From assembly GCA_964566495.1 (NCBI GenBank), contig CAZMIT010000011.1, positions 1-25,025 on the forward strand: 25,025 nt of DNA, read 5' to 3'. The position numbers and the translations under genes were made by a program. Of the stretch, positions 6,781 to 17,361 are shown piece after piece. This DNA comes from an uncultured bacterium. GTDB lineage: Bacteria; T1Sed10-126. The notes under the pieces are model-generated. The model ran no database searches. It was not told where the DNA came from and saw nothing but the letters and a program-made list of their open reading frames with translations. Every line of letters begins with the position of its first letter. Within the stretch, counting starts at the first letter, position 1.

Positions 6781-9150
6781 TCATTCAAAAAGATCAGGTT
6801 GTTCTGGCCTGGGTTCATCATCGCGCCAGTCGTGGAAGGTTATGAAGTAATCAATTGATTGGCGTGCCCCGTGGCCGGCAAGCTGAGAGCGACTGTCGAA
6901 CTCCTCTAACTCTTCGTTAACCGTGGCGTAAGGCTTAGCACTCGTCCTGAGGCTGGTAATTTTATCATCACCGGAGGGGCGGACAAAATAGCGCCCTTTG
7001 CCTCCCCGGTTTTGAACTGGGATATCGCTCACATCAATGGCGGCACAGGTGTCGTCACCGCGCATCAGCAAAAAGTCGGATTCTTTCGCCAGCAGGCCTC
7101 CGGCCAACGGTTCTCCTTTTTTAGCCGTTACTCCACGAGCGTTGCGCCCCATAACTCTAACTTCATCGGGATCAAAGCGGATGCCACGGCCATCTTCTGC
7201 AACTGCTATTGCTGTCGTGTTTGCTCGCCCATGAACAACGCTCATTACTTCGTTGTCTTCTTCTTTGAAATCAATATATTTTATCCCGCTTGGTCGGATG
7301 TCCTGGAAGTTGTCGTCCCCGGCGACTTCCATGCGCTTCACGTAGCCGTTACGCGTGAATATAAATACTTCACTACAACCGGCGGGCACTACTCCGGCAA
7401 CCGAAGGTATATTGGAGTTTATCTGTTGTACGGGAACTCCGCGGGCGTCACGGGAGTCATCAGGAATTTCAGATGCGCGCAGGCTGTAGACGCTGCCCTC
7501 ACGATCAAAAATCAGCAGCTCATCGAGGCTACGGGCTCGAATAAACATCTTTGGTGGAACCTCCAGCTCTTCAACCTGTCGCTCCCCGTGGTCGCGCCGT
7601 AGGTAGTTGTTAGGATAGAAGGAGATAACCACCGGTTTATTTTCACGCAGGTCGGAGAGGTCGAGCTCAAGCTCTTCATGCTGGATGGTGGTGCGGCGTT
7701 CGTCGCCGTAGTTGTCCCGGATTTCTCGATACCATTTTTTTAGCACCTTACCCCGTTCGTCGGCCGAATCAAGCAATTTTTCGTAATTTTCAATTGCCTT
7801 GAGCAGGGAATCTTTCTCCTTTTCAATTTCAATTTGTTCAAGCCCCGTAAGGGAGCGGATGCGCCGGTTCAGCACGGCTTCGGCCTGGCGTTCGCTCATT
7901 GAAAACTCGTGTTGGAGAGCCACCGAGGCCTTGGGGGCGGTGTCTGACTGTTTAACTATTTCAATTACCCGGTCAATATCAGCCAGCGCCTTTAAAAGAC
8001 CGCGTACCACATGCAGACGCTCCTCCGCCTGTTCCTTGCGCTTCTCAGTATTGCGCACTAACACTTCGTCCATAAAGTCGTTGTAGTGGTTGAGAATCTG
8101 TCGTAAGTTGAGTATTTCTGGCACGCCATCGTTTAGCGCCAAAAAGGAGCAGCGCTGGTTCTGCTTCAGGTGTGTTTTCTCGTAGAGGTTGTTGAGAATG
8201 ACCTCCGGATTTTTTCCCAGTTTACATTCAACGACGACCCGCAGGCCCTGGCGGTCGCTCTCGTCGCGAACGGTCGATATGCCCGGATCGCTGTCAGAAC
8301 GAGCCAGCTCTACGAACTGGTCGACGAGTCGCGACTTGGTGACATTGTAAGGTAGTTCCTCGACTACGATAGCTCCCCGTTCCGGGCTAAGTTGTTCTAT
8401 ATGGCAGCGACCGGCGATAACAACACTTCCCTTGCCCTCTTCATAAATTCTTTCCAGCTCCTCCTCTGAGGCGTATAGACAGCCGCCAGTCGGGAAGTCC
8501 GGACCCTTAACCAGCTCGCGCAGGGTTGAAAAATGAGCCTGCGGATGATCGATCAGGTGGATGGCGGCCTCCAGTATCTCAGTCAAGTTGTGCGGGGGAA
8601 TGTCCGTTGACATGCCGACGGCAATGCCACTGGCGCCATTGACCAGGAGATTGGGAAAAGGCACGGGGAGCACTTCGGGTTCTTCCGTGCTGCCGTCAAA
8701 ATTATCGCGCCAGGGAACACCGCTGCCTTCCGGTTTCATGCGGCTGAAGAACTCGCCCGCCAGCTCAGTCAGGCGGGCCTCTGTGTACCGCATAGCGGCC
8801 GGGGGGTCGCCGTCTACGGAGCCGAAGTTTCCCTGGCCGTCGATTAAAGGGTAGCGCAGGGTAAAGTCCTGGCCCATGCGCACAAGAGCGTCATAGACGG
8901 CCCGGTCGCCGTGTGGGTGGTATTTTCCCAGCACCTCACCGACAGTGCGGGCACTTTTCTTGTGCTGGTTATTGGCCGTTAGATTTTGTGTCCACATGCT
9001 GTAGATAATTCGACGTTGAACCGGTTTAAGCCCGTCCCGCAGGTCAGGGATTGCCCGGTCGGTTATTACACTTAAAGCATATTCCGAGTAAACGTTGGGA
9101 AGATACTCTTCAACTGTTTGTTCTCTAACCTTACTGCTCGTTGCTGTCAT
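6781..9150 (-). CDS. gyrA: Type IIA DNA topoisomerase subunit A (GyrA/ParC family; possibly Topo IV-like)
   Basis: [25 protein letters not shown], catalytic [30 protein letters not shown] and C-terminal beta-pinwheel repeats. Gyrase versus Topo IV identity is uncertain. Confidence 0.9.
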   Translation of the reverse strand: MTATSSKVREQTVEEYLPNVYSEYALSVITDRAIPDLRDGLKPVQRRIIYSMWTQNLTANNQHKKSARTVGEVLGKYHPHGDRAVYDALVRMGQDFTLRYPLIDGQGNFGSVDGDPPAAMRYTEARLTELAGEFFSRMKPEGSGVPWRDNFDGSTEEPEVLPVPFPNLLVNGASGIAVGMSTDIPPHNLTEILEAAIHLIDHPQAHFSTLRELVKGPDFPTGGCLYASEEELERIYEEGKGSVVIAGRCHIEQLSPERGAIVVEELPYNVTKSRLVDQFVELARSDSDPGISTVRDESDRQGLRVVVECKLGKNPEVILNNLYEKTHLKQNQRCSFLALNDGVPEILNLRQILNHYNDFMDEVLVRNTEKRKEQAEERLHVVRGLLKALADIDRVIEIVKQSDTAPKASVALQHEFSMSERQAEAVLNRRIRSLTGLEQIEIEKEKDSLLKAIENYEKLLDSADERGKVLKKWYREIRDNYGDERRTTIQHEELELDLSDLRENKPVVISFYPNNYLRRDHGERQVEELEVPPKMFIRARSLDELLIFDREGSVYSLRASEIPDDSRDARGVPVQQINSNIPSVAGVVPAGCSEVFIFTRNGYVKRMEVAGDDNFQDIRPSGIKYIDFKEEDNEVMSVVHGRANTTAIAVAEDGRGIRFDPDEVRVMGRNARGVTAKKGEPLAGGLLAKESDFLLMRGDDTCAAIDVSDIPVQNRGGKGRYFVRPSGDDKITSLRTSAKPYATVNEELEEFDSRSQLAGHGARQSIDYFITFHDWRDDEPRPEQPDLFE

Positions 9151-9190
9151 CGTTAGTTCTCACCTTTTTAAAAGATCTTCACAATCCGGG

Positions 9191-11053
9191 TTAAACTTCT
9201 ATGTTAGTTCCAAGCTCTTTTGCTTTTTCGCGGATAAGTTTTTTACGAGGAGCTACCTTGCGCCCCATGCAGGTAGAGACGGTCTCGTCGGCTGATTTTG
9301 CTTCCTCGACGCTAATTTGAATTAGACGCCGGGTCTCGCGGTCCATGCTTGTCTTCCAGAGTTCGTCCGGATTCATTTCTCCCAGTCCCTTGAAACGTCT
9401 GATTTCATCTCCGTCCGCCTTTTCTGGCATTTCATAGAGGTATTCAATGTCATCGCCGTTTTTGCGGTAATAGAGGGGTGGGTCGGCCATGTATAAGCGA
9501 CCCTCTTCAATAATTGGTCGCAGATAGCGGTAGAAGAGCGTCAGCAGCAGACTCTGGATGTGAAGGCCGTCGACGTCGGGATCGGACATGCAGATGACTT
9601 TACCGTAGCGTAAATCACGGATATCAAAGTCGTCACCGATTCCGGTGCCCACCGCTGTAATGATAGCTCGTATCTCGTCGTTTTTGAGAAAGGTGCTGGG
9701 ACTGGACTTCTCAACGTTCTTTATTTTCCCCTTCAGGGGAAGAATTGCCTGGTGCTGTCGGTCACGGGCTTGCTTGGCACTGCCGCCGGCACTATCTCCC
9801 TCAACAATGAAAAGCTCTGCCTCCTCGACGTCGTTGGAGACACAGTTGGCCAGTTTGCTCGACAGCGCCATGCTGACGTCCTGGCTTGCTTCCCGGGCCA
9901 CGTCCCGGGCCTGTCGGGCTGCTTTGCGTGCTTTGGCAGCGTCGCGGGCCTTACTGACCAATTCCGCTGTCTCGTCCGGATGTTCGGAGAGATAGCGGTA
10001 GATCTCGTCATAGGCCAGCGAGGAGACAGCATTTCGCACCTCCGGGTTGCCCAGCTTTGCTTTCGTCTGTCCCTCAAACTGTGGTTCGGGAATCTTTACA
10101 TTGATCACTGCTAACAGACCCTCGCGCAGGTCCGATCCCTGAAAGTTATCGCGTTCAGATACTTCCTTAACCGCCCTGGTCAGGGCCATCCGGAAGCCCT
10201 GGGCGTGGGTGCCACCAGACTCCGTTTTAATGTTGTTGGCGTAACTGAGTAGTTTCTCCGTATGACCGTTAGGATCGTAATTAAAAGCCAACTCAACCTG
10301 GACCCCGTTCTGTTCACGTGTGAAACAGAGAGGTTGATCAAATAATTTTTCACGCTCTTCAAGCAAGTGATCGAGATAATCGGGCATACCGGCTTCGGAG
10401 TGAAACTCCCGTTGGAAGCTCTCCTCGCCACGTATGTCCTTACAGACAAAGGAAACCTCGGGCAACAGGAAAGAAAGTTCCCGCAACCGTTCGATAATCT
10501 GCGTTCGATCAAGCCGGATGTCAGGGAAGATGTTGCTGTCCGGCTTAAACTTAATTTCTGAGCCTGTCTTGCGGATTTTTTTATCTTTCATTTCAACCTT
10601 ACTGACCGGCACTCCGCGTTCATACTCCTGGCGGGCTATTGTATTGTCACGGCGCACTGTGACAATACATCTCTCGGAGAGGGCGTTAACCACCGAGGCA
10701 CCGACCCCGTGCAGACCACCGGAAGTTTTGTAGGCTTTATCGTCAAACTTTCCCCCTGCATGCAGACGGGTCATAACAACTTGCAGGGTAGAGACACCCT
10801 CGGACTCATGTTCGTCGATTGGAATACCGCGTCCGTGATCTTCGACGCTCACCCAGCCGTCGTCCATAAGAACTAACTTAATCCGGTCACCATACCCAAT
10901 GCCGGCCTCGTCGACGGCATTGTCGATCAGTTCCCAGACGAGATGGTGAATGCCATCCGGCCCGGTTGTGCCTATATACATTGCAGGTCGTTTTCGCACG
11001 TGTTCAAGGTCTTTTAAAACCTCGATGTTATCGCCCGTGTAATCTTCGCTCAT
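9191..11053 (-). CDS. gyrB: Type IIA DNA topoisomerase subunit B (GyrB/ParE family)
   Basis: VRKRPAMYIG, ELIDNAVDE, DHGRGIP, HAGGKF, GGLHGVGASVVNALS, TOPRIM motifs EGDSAGG / PLKGK / DPDVDG, and RFKGLGEM. Short form without the E. coli-type insert. Confidence 0.92.
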   Translation of the reverse strand: MSEDYTGDNIEVLKDLEHVRKRPAMYIGTTGPDGIHHLVWELIDNAVDEAGIGYGDRIKLVLMDDGWVSVEDHGRGIPIDEHESEGVSTLQVVMTRLHAGGKFDDKAYKTSGGLHGVGASVVNALSERCIVTVRRDNTIARQEYERGVPVSKVEMKDKKIRKTGSEIKFKPDSNIFPDIRLDRTQIIERLRELSFLLPEVSFVCKDIRGEESFQREFHSEAGMPDYLDHLLEEREKLFDQPLCFTREQNGVQVELAFNYDPNGHTEKLLSYANNIKTESGGTHAQGFRMALTRAVKEVSERDNFQGSDLREGLLAVINVKIPEPQFEGQTKAKLGNPEVRNAVSSLAYDEIYRYLSEHPDETAELVSKARDAAKARKAARQARDVAREASQDVSMALSSKLANCVSNDVEEAELFIVEGDSAGGSAKQARDRQHQAILPLKGKIKNVEKSSPSTFLKNDEIRAIITAVGTGIGDDFDIRDLRYGKVICMSDPDVDGLHIQSLLLTLFYRYLRPIIEEGRLYMADPPLYYRKNGDDIEYLYEMPEKADGDEIRRFKGLGEMNPDELWKTSMDRETRRLIQISVEEAKSADETVSTCMGRKVAPRKKLIREKAKELGTNIEV

Positions 11054-11305
11054 CAGTTATCACTCCACTGTATCTAATGGGCCGGGTTAGCCCGTATACA
11101 GAAGTGTAGTTTCTTGTTATCATCTAAGCTCGTTATAGTCGTGATATGGTTGGACGACTTGAATGGGAGGACGGGACCTGGTTTCCCCTGCCATTCCCGC
11201 GTCCAGAATTATTTTATCCTATGTGCTGATAATAATGAAGTTTCACGAGGGAAGTTTTCTGGATTTTGGTGATATGATATCCTGATTGTAAAGAGGTGAG
11301 TTACT

Positions 11306-11794
11306 ATGGCTGAAGAGGAACGTCAGACACTTTCTGTGCTTGTGGAAAACAAAGCCGGTGTGCTCGCTAAGATTGCCGGGTTGTTCAGCGGTCGCGGCTT
11401 CAACATTGCTTCGCTTTCCGTGGGAGAAACGGAGGATCCTGCCGTCTCCCGTATGACAATTGAGGTTGAAGCCGACCGGCGCACACTGGAACAGGCTGTC
11501 AAACAGCTGCGCAAAATTATTGAGACGATCAAAGTAGAAGACTTTGCAGATCGCCCTTTTGTCAGCTCGCAGCTACTGCTGGTTAAAGTGTCCGCTGACG
11601 CCGAGGATCGGACTGAAATCATGAACGTGGTTGAAGTTTTTAACGGGAAGGTCGTCGACCTTGACCACCGGTCAATGACGATTCGGTTCGTTGGCGAGAC
11701 GCAGTTTGTCGACGACGTGCTTGATCTGCTTGAACCCTACGGTATTAAAGAGGTGGCCCGCACCGGCAGCGTTGCCCTCGGTCGCCCCAACTAA
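11306..11794 (+). CDS. ilvN: Acetolactate synthase small (regulatory) subunit
   Basis: LSVLVENKAGVLAKIAGLFSGRGFNIASLSVG...SRMTI...EVARTG. SD GAGGTGA. Confidence 0.96.
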   Translation: MAEEERQTLSVLVENKAGVLAKIAGLFSGRGFNIASLSVGETEDPAVSRMTIEVEADRRTLEQAVKQLRKIIETIKVEDFADRPFVSSQLLLVKVSADAEDRTEIMNVVEVFNGKVVDLDHRSMTIRFVGETQFVDDVLDLLEPYGIKEVARTGSVALGRPN

Positions 11795-11852
11795 TTTTTT
11801 CGTAATAGAGCTGAAATTCAGCAAATAAACTAAATAACAAGGAGGAGTAAAA

Positions 11853-12863
11853 ATGGCAGAAGTATTCTATGACGACGATGTTGATTTTGCCCCACTGGAA
11901 GACAAAAAGATTGCCGTTATTGGCTATGGGAGCCAGGGACATGCCCATGCTTCCAATTTGCGCGACAGCGGCCAGGACGTGATAGTGGCCGAGCTGGAAG
12001 GAACCCCTAATTATGAGCAGGCTAAAAAAGACGGTTTTGACCCGGTGAGTGCCTCTGAAGCAAGCGCCCGGGCCGACGTTATAGCGTTGCTTGTTCCGGA
12101 TGAAGTTCAAAAAACTGTCTACGAGTCGGCCGTGGCCGAGGAGCTTGAACCTGGTGACACGCTCGTCTTTGGACATGGGTTTAACATCCGTTTCTACCAG
12201 ATAGAACCGCCGCAAGACGTTGATGTGGTGCTGGTTGCTCCCAAGGGGCCAGGTCACGTGGTGCGCCAGATGTATGAGGAGGGAATCGGTGCTCCCAACC
12301 TGGTGGCCGTCGAGCAAAATCCAAGCGGTGAAGCACTTGACCGGGCTCTTGCGTATTCGAAGGGGATCGGCGGTACGCTGGCTGGCACAATCAAGACCAC
12401 CTTTGAAGAAGAAACGGAGACTGATCTGTTTGGTGAACAGGTAATCCTCTGTGGTGGCCTTACTCACCTGATAAAGGCAGCTTTTGAGACGCTGGTTGAC
12501 GCCGGCTATCAGCCGGAAGTGGCTTATTTTGAGTGCCTGCACGAGCTTAAATTAATTATCGACTTGATTTATGAGTCGGGGATACAGGGTATGCGTTACT
12601 CAATCAGTGACACGGCTGAGTATGGTGACTTGACCCGTGGACCGCGTATTGTCGACGAGTCAACACGTGAGGAAATGGAAGATATTCTTGCTGAAATCAA
12701 GTCGGGAGAGTTTGCCCGCGAGTGGTTGAATGAGAACCAGACGGGTCGCCCTGTTTTTAAGTCCCTGCGGGACAAACACTCGAAACACTCAATTGAGAAA
12801 GTTGGTCGCCAGATTCGGGGCATGATGGACTGGCTTGAGGACCGTTTTGAAAAAGAGGATTAA
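11853..12863 (+). CDS. ilvC: Ketol-acid reductoisomerase (class I)
   Basis: [35 protein letters not shown] and SDTAEYG. SD AAGGAGGAG. Confidence 0.98.
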   Translation: MAEVFYDDDVDFAPLEDKKIAVIGYGSQGHAHASNLRDSGQDVIVAELEGTPNYEQAKKDGFDPVSASEASARADVIALLVPDEVQKTVYESAVAEELEPGDTLVFGHGFNIRFYQIEPPQDVDVVLVAPKGPGHVVRQMYEEGIGAPNLVAVEQNPSGEALDRALAYSKGIGGTLAGTIKTTFEEETETDLFGEQVILCGGLTHLIKAAFETLVDAGYQPEVAYFECLHELKLIIDLIYESGIQGMRYSISDTAEYGDLTRGPRIVDESTREEMEDILAEIKSGEFAREWLNENQTGRPVFKSLRDKHSKHSIEKVGRQIRGMMDWLEDRFEKED

Positions 12864-12902
12864 GATTAAACCGGGCGATTTAGCGAGAGGAACTGCAGTC
12901 GC

Positions 12903-13562
12903 GTGGGGATAAGACGTGAGGTGATCCCCTGGGCAGTGGGGGGACTGCTGCCGGCGTCGTTATTTTATTTTGCCTGGTTGCTCACCGGGAATCTTTTTGC
13001 GCTACTGGGTTTCGTCCTCTTCGCTGCTCTCTCTGTCTTTTTTCTTTACTTTTTTCGGGACCCGCGTCGTCAACCGGAGACGGCGGAGGAAAACGACTGG
13101 CTATCTCCCGCTGATGGAATAGTGCGGGCTGTCGAAGAGGAAGAAGACGGTCGGTTACGGCTGGTTATTTTTCTGACTATTTTTAACGTTCATCTAAATC
13201 GAATGCCCGTTAAGGGTAAGGTTATTTCATGCGAATATAAGCCGGGTCGTTATCTACCTGCTTTTGCTGAGGCGACGCATCTGGAAAACGAACGCAATAT
13301 CTTACGCTGTCAGACCAAAACGGGCGAGGAGTTTGAAATTTGGCAGGTAGCCGGATTGCTGGCGCGACGCATTCATTGCTGGGTCGACGCCGGCGAAAAG
13401 TTAGGGCGGGGGGACCGATTTGGCATGATTGCCCTCGGTTCAAGGACGGACCTCATTTTACCCCGGGACGCGGAAGTGAACGCGGCTCCCGGGGATCTGG
13501 TTCGAGCCGGTCAGACCGTAATCGCCCGCACAACTATTAGCGAGGAGGGAACCAATGTTTGA
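12903..13562 (+). CDS. psd: Phosphatidylserine decarboxylase proenzyme (short type)
   Basis: FFRDP, SPADG, VHLNRMP, QVAGLLARRI and the autocleavage LGSRTD motif. Adjacent to pssA. Confidence 0.93.
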   Translation: MGIRREVIPWAVGGLLPASLFYFAWLLTGNLFALLGFVLFAALSVFFLYFFRDPRRQPETAEENDWLSPADGIVRAVEEEEDGRLRLVIFLTIFNVHLNRMPVKGKVISCEYKPGRYLPAFAEATHLENERNILRCQTKTGEEFEIWQVAGLLARRIHCWVDAGEKLGRGDRFGMIALGSRTDLILPRDAEVNAAPGDLVRAGQTVIARTTISEEGTNV

Positions 13563-14316
13563 CCGACGGTTGCAGAAAGGTGTTTACTTCGTACCGACGC
13601 TATTGACCATGGGGAACATCCTCTGTGGCTTTTTTGCGATTATTGCCTCTTTTGACGAAAATTGGGTGGCAGCGGGAATTGCAATTGGTATAGCCTTTAT
13701 TCTTGACGGATTGGACGGACGTATTGCTCGGCTCGCTGACGCCGAGTCGGAGTTTGGACTGCAGCTTGACTCGCTGGCCGATCTTGTCACCTTTGGCGTT
13801 GCTCCGGCGGTTCTGGCCTATACAAACTGGTTGCATGTGTATGACCGCCTGGGCATACTGCTGGCTTTCCTCTACGTCTGTGGAGCCGCTATGCGGCTGG
13901 CTCGTTTTAACGCCCACGACGTCAAAGAGGACTCAATTGATTATTTTAACGGGTTTCCAACTCCGTCAGCTGCCGGTGTCGTAGTTTCGATTTATTTTCT
14001 CGAATATAAGCTATATTTGACCGGGGATCTTATGACCGATGAAATTCACAGGATATACGTTCTGCTGGTGCCGCTCGCGTTGCTGACGCTCTCTTACTTG
14101 ATGCTTAGCAACATTCGCTATCCCACGTTTAAGAAGGTTACCTGGCTTGAGGAACATCCGTTCGGAGTGCTTTTTATTCTACTCTGTTTTGTCTTCGTGG
14201 CGGCTCTGTATCCATTTGGCGTCTTCATCGCCTTTTTTCTCTGTTATTTGATGACTGGCTGTCTGGACGTCTGCCGGATAGCACAGTCGGTTGTCCGCGA
14301 AAAAATACTTGGTTAA
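13555..14316 (+). CDS. pssA: CDP-diacylglycerol--serine O-phosphatidyltransferase
   Basis: CDP-alcohol phosphotransferase motif DGLDGRIAR...FGLQLDSLADLVTFGVAP, plus RLARFN. Overlaps psd by 8 nt. Confidence 0.93.
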   Translation: MFDRRLQKGVYFVPTLLTMGNILCGFFAIIASFDENWVAAGIAIGIAFILDGLDGRIARLADAESEFGLQLDSLADLVTFGVAPAVLAYTNWLHVYDRLGILLAFLYVCGAAMRLARFNAHDVKEDSIDYFNGFPTPSAAGVVVSIYFLEYKLYLTGDLMTDEIHRIYVLLVPLALLTLSYLMLSNIRYPTFKKVTWLEEHPFGVLFILLCFVFVAALYPFGVFIAFFLCYLMTGCLDVCRIAQSVVREKILG

Positions 14317-14437
14317 AATTCAATAAAACTTACCGACGTTATTTTACCCTTTTCTTTTTTTACGAAGGGGGAGCAAACGGAGTAAACGGGGGCTTGGTAG
14401 GTTTTGTTTATATCAGCAAAAAATAGGAGGAATTAAA

Positions 14438-15994
14438 ATGAGTGAAGAAAAATTTGACCGTTTGAAAATTTTTGACACCACATTGAGGGACGGCGAACAG
14501 TCACCGGGCGCCAGCTTGAATCCCTCGGAAAAATTGGAGATAGCCCGGCAGTTGAAAAAACTCAACGTGGACGTAATTGAGGCTGGCTTTCCAATCTCCT
14601 CACAGGGAGATTTTGAGGCGGTGCGGGAAGTAGCCCGGCAGGTGAAAGGACCAACCATAGCCGGACTGGCTCGTTCGCGGCGCCAGGACATTGAACGTTG
14701 CGCTGAAGCTATTGAACCCGCTGATTCCGGTCGAATACACGTTTTTATAGCGACCAGCGATGTACACGTTGAACAAAAGCTCGAAAAGACAAAACAGGAA
14801 GTTCTGGAGATGGCGGTCGAGGCGGTTGAACTGGCAAAACAGTTCTGTGACGACGTAGAGTTCAGTCCTGAGGACGCCGCCCGGACTAAACCGGACTTCT
14901 TGAAGCGTATTGTTGAGTCGGTGATTGATGCCGGTGCCTCAACCGTTAATATCCCGGATACCGTAGGTTACGCAATCCCGGCCGAGTTTGGAGAAACTAT
15001 TAATTCGCTGCGGAAAGAAGTTTCTAACATCGATCAGGCGGTGATTAGCGTTCATTGCCACAATGACCTCGGGCTTGGCGTCGCTAACTCGCTGGCCGCC
15101 GTTGAAGCCGGGGCGCGTCAGGTGGAGTGTGCCGTCAATGGTATCGGTGAACGGGCAGGGAACGCGGCGCTCGAAGAGATTGTTATGGCCCTTAAAACAA
15201 GACGTGATTATTTTAATCTGGATGTTGATATTGAAACTCGTGAAATTGCTCGAACCAGCCGCCTGGTTAGTTCCTTGACCGGGATTGCTGTTCAGCGGAA
15301 CAAGGCTATAGTTGGTGAAAACGCTTTCGCCCACGAGGCCGGCATTCATCAGCACGGGGTGCTGAAAGAACGCCAGACCTACGAGATTATGCGGGCTGAA
15401 GACGTAGGCTTGACCGACAGCCAGCTCATCCTTGGAAAACATTCGGGACGACATGCTTTCCGGCAGCGCCTCGAAGAACTGGGTTATGAGTTGGATGATG
15501 AGGCATTTGACCGAGCTTTTGAACGATTTAAACAGCTTGGTGACAAGAAAAAACAGATTTATGACGAGGACCTGGAGGTTATTGTCGAAGAAGAGGTAGC
15601 ACGTATCCCCTCCGTTTATGAGCTGGAATACGTTCACATTCTCAGTGGTAGCACGGTCTATCCCTCTGCCACGGTGGAGATCACTGTCAAGGGTGAGAAG
15701 CTGCGCAACTCTTCTTCCGGCGATGGTCCGGTAGATGCTATTTACTCGGCTATTTCAGCTCTGTTAGAAATTGAACCAATACTTAACGACTACACCATTC
15801 GCTCGGTTACCAGGGGGATGGATGCGCTGGGGGAGGTGACTGTTGAGCTGACAATTGACGGCCTGAAGGTGCACGGACGTGGCATCAGCACTGACGTTCT
15901 GGAGGCCAGTGCCCGTGCTTACCTGGATGCCTTGAACCGGGCCCGCTACAGGCAGCAGTCCGGCTCAGATCGCGAGGTTACGGACACGGTCTGA
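14438..15994 (+). CDS. leuA: 2-isopropylmalate synthase
   Basis: FDTTLRDGEQ, HCHNDLG, GIGERAGN, HEAGIHQHG, LGKHSGR and C-terminal regulatory domain GDGPVDA. SD AGGAGG. Confidence 0.97.
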   Translation: MSEEKFDRLKIFDTTLRDGEQSPGASLNPSEKLEIARQLKKLNVDVIEAGFPISSQGDFEAVREVARQVKGPTIAGLARSRRQDIERCAEAIEPADSGRIHVFIATSDVHVEQKLEKTKQEVLEMAVEAVELAKQFCDDVEFSPEDAARTKPDFLKRIVESVIDAGASTVNIPDTVGYAIPAEFGETINSLRKEVSNIDQAVISVHCHNDLGLGVANSLAAVEAGARQVECAVNGIGERAGNAALEEIVMALKTRRDYFNLDVDIETREIARTSRLVSSLTGIAVQRNKAIVGENAFAHEAGIHQHGVLKERQTYEIMRAEDVGLTDSQLILGKHSGRHAFRQRLEELGYELDDEAFDRAFERFKQLGDKKKQIYDEDLEVIVEEEVARIPSVYELEYVHILSGSTVYPSATVEITVKGEKLRNSSSGDGPVDAIYSAISALLEIEPILNDYTIRSVTRGMDALGEVTVELTIDGLKVHGRGISTDVLEASARAYLDALNRARYRQQSGSDREVTDTV

Positions 15995-16131
15995 ACGTTT
16001 GCACCGTCCATAAATAGGGGACCTGTAGTAAACCTCCTCAAATTTTACTTTTACTGTATCGCGCTCCACTACGTCAAACAAATACAGATTATATTAGTAA
16101 TAATTTTTAATTTTTAGGAGAGGTGAACTTG

Positions 16132-17202
16132 ATGGAAAAAGTAGTAGTTTTACCGGGTGACGGTATCGGTCCTGAAATAATGGATGAGACGTTGAGAATA
16201 CTTGATTGGATACTTGAACGAGATTCTGAACTGGAAATAGAGACAGAAGAATACGAGGTGGGTGGTGCTTCAATAGATAAGTTTGATACGCCCCTGCGGT
16301 CTGAAGTTTTGGATGCCGCCCTGGAATCCAGTGCCATTCTTCTGGGAGCGGTTGGCGGTCCCAGGTGGGATGATCTACCCGTCAACCATCGGCCAGAACA
16401 GGCCCTGCTGAGATTGCGCAAAGAATGTGAGCTCTATGCAAATTTGCGACCAGCTCGGGTTTATCCGGCCCTGGTAGATAGTTCGCCGTTAAAAAATGAG
16501 AGAGCTTCAGGCGCCGACCTTTTAATCGTACGAGAACTGACCGGTGGTCTTTACTTTTCATTGCCCCGGGGCATTGAAGGTGCCGGAGAAAACCGCCGCG
16601 GTTACAACACCCTCTCTTACAGCCGGGAAGAAGTGAAACGAATTACCAAGGTTGCTGTTGATGCAGCCGAGAGCCGGTCCGGTCAGCTTACCTCAGTGGA
16701 CAAAGCTAATGTGCTGGAAAGCTCAAAACTCTGGCGTGAAGTGGTCGTGGAGACCGTCCCCGAGTCAATAGAATTGAAGCACATGTACGTAGACAACGCC
16801 GCCATGCAGCTTGTCCTGGATCCCTGTCAGTTTGACGTAATAGTTACCGGGAATATGTTTGGCGACATTCTCTCCGACATTGCCTCGCAGATTTCCGGTT
16901 CCATTGGGCTGCTGGCTTCGGCCAGTCTTGGTGACAGTAAGCTGGGCATGTATGAGCCCGTTCACGGCAGTGCGCCTGATATTGCGGGCAGCGGTAACGC
17001 AAATCCGCTCGCCATGATTCTTTCTCTGGCGATGGCTTTTCGCTACAGCCTGGGGGCTCCCGGTTGGGCCAAAAAAATTGAGGCCGCTGTTGAGCGCGTC
17101 ATTGAAGCGGGCAAACGAACCGCTGATTTAGCTGGCGAGGGCGAGGATTTTCTATCCACTCGAGAAATAGGTGACGCCGTTCTCGATGAACTGGCGGAAT
17201 AA
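16132..17202 (+). CDS. leuB: 3-isopropylmalate dehydrogenase
   Basis: LPGDGIGPEI, RELTGGLYF, DKANVL, NMFGDILSD and EPVHGSAPDIAG. Start could also be GTG 16123. Confidence 0.97.
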   Translation: MEKVVVLPGDGIGPEIMDETLRILDWILERDSELEIETEEYEVGGASIDKFDTPLRSEVLDAALESSAILLGAVGGPRWDDLPVNHRPEQALLRLRKECELYANLRPARVYPALVDSSPLKNERASGADLLIVRELTGGLYFSLPRGIEGAGENRRGYNTLSYSREEVKRITKVAVDAAESRSGQLTSVDKANVLESSKLWREVVVETVPESIELKHMYVDNAAMQLVLDPCQFDVIVTGNMFGDILSDIASQISGSIGLLASASLGDSKLGMYEPVHGSAPDIAGSGNANPLAMILSLAMAFRYSLGAPGWAKKIEAAVERVIEAGKRTADLAGEGEDFLSTREIGDAVLDELAE

Positions 17203-17256
17203 AATTTAATACTCGTTTAGCTCATCCGGCGTCATTGCGGGTCTGATCTTTCGGTT

Positions 17257-17349
17257 GTCATTGCGGACTTGATCCGCAATCCATTTTTACGGTTTTGAAC
17301 AATATCCCTTGAAAATCAAGATGGATTCCGGCTCGGAGGCCGGAATGAC
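17257..17349. repeat. GTCAT...ATGAC-bounded double-palindrome REP-like element
   Basis: GTCATTGCGGACTTGATCCGCAATCCA ... TGGATTCCGGCTCGGAGGCCGGAATGAC. A partial second left arm lies at 17231-17248 and degenerate relatives at about 1421-1510. Confidence 0.8.
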
Positions 17350-17361
17350 GAGCGGTAGATC

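Noticed and set aside
6652..6858. 68-aa ORF, and likewise the 17401-17640 ORF
   Set aside because: Both are largely translations of the dispersed repeat and overlap real genes on the opposite strand.
137..11053. Functional linkage of the histone and topoisomerase as one locus
   Set aside because: They are separated by 6.5 kb and four unrelated genes in mixed orientations, so the proximity may be coincidental.
11745..12542. Long antisense ORFs (also 14939-15637, 17666-18280, 7012-7602 and others)
   Set aside because: Shadow frames opposite well-conserved housekeeping genes, with no motifs or RBS.
14317..14437. Leucine attenuator or T-box upstream of leuA
   Set aside because: No Leu-rich leader peptide or T-box consensus recognised.
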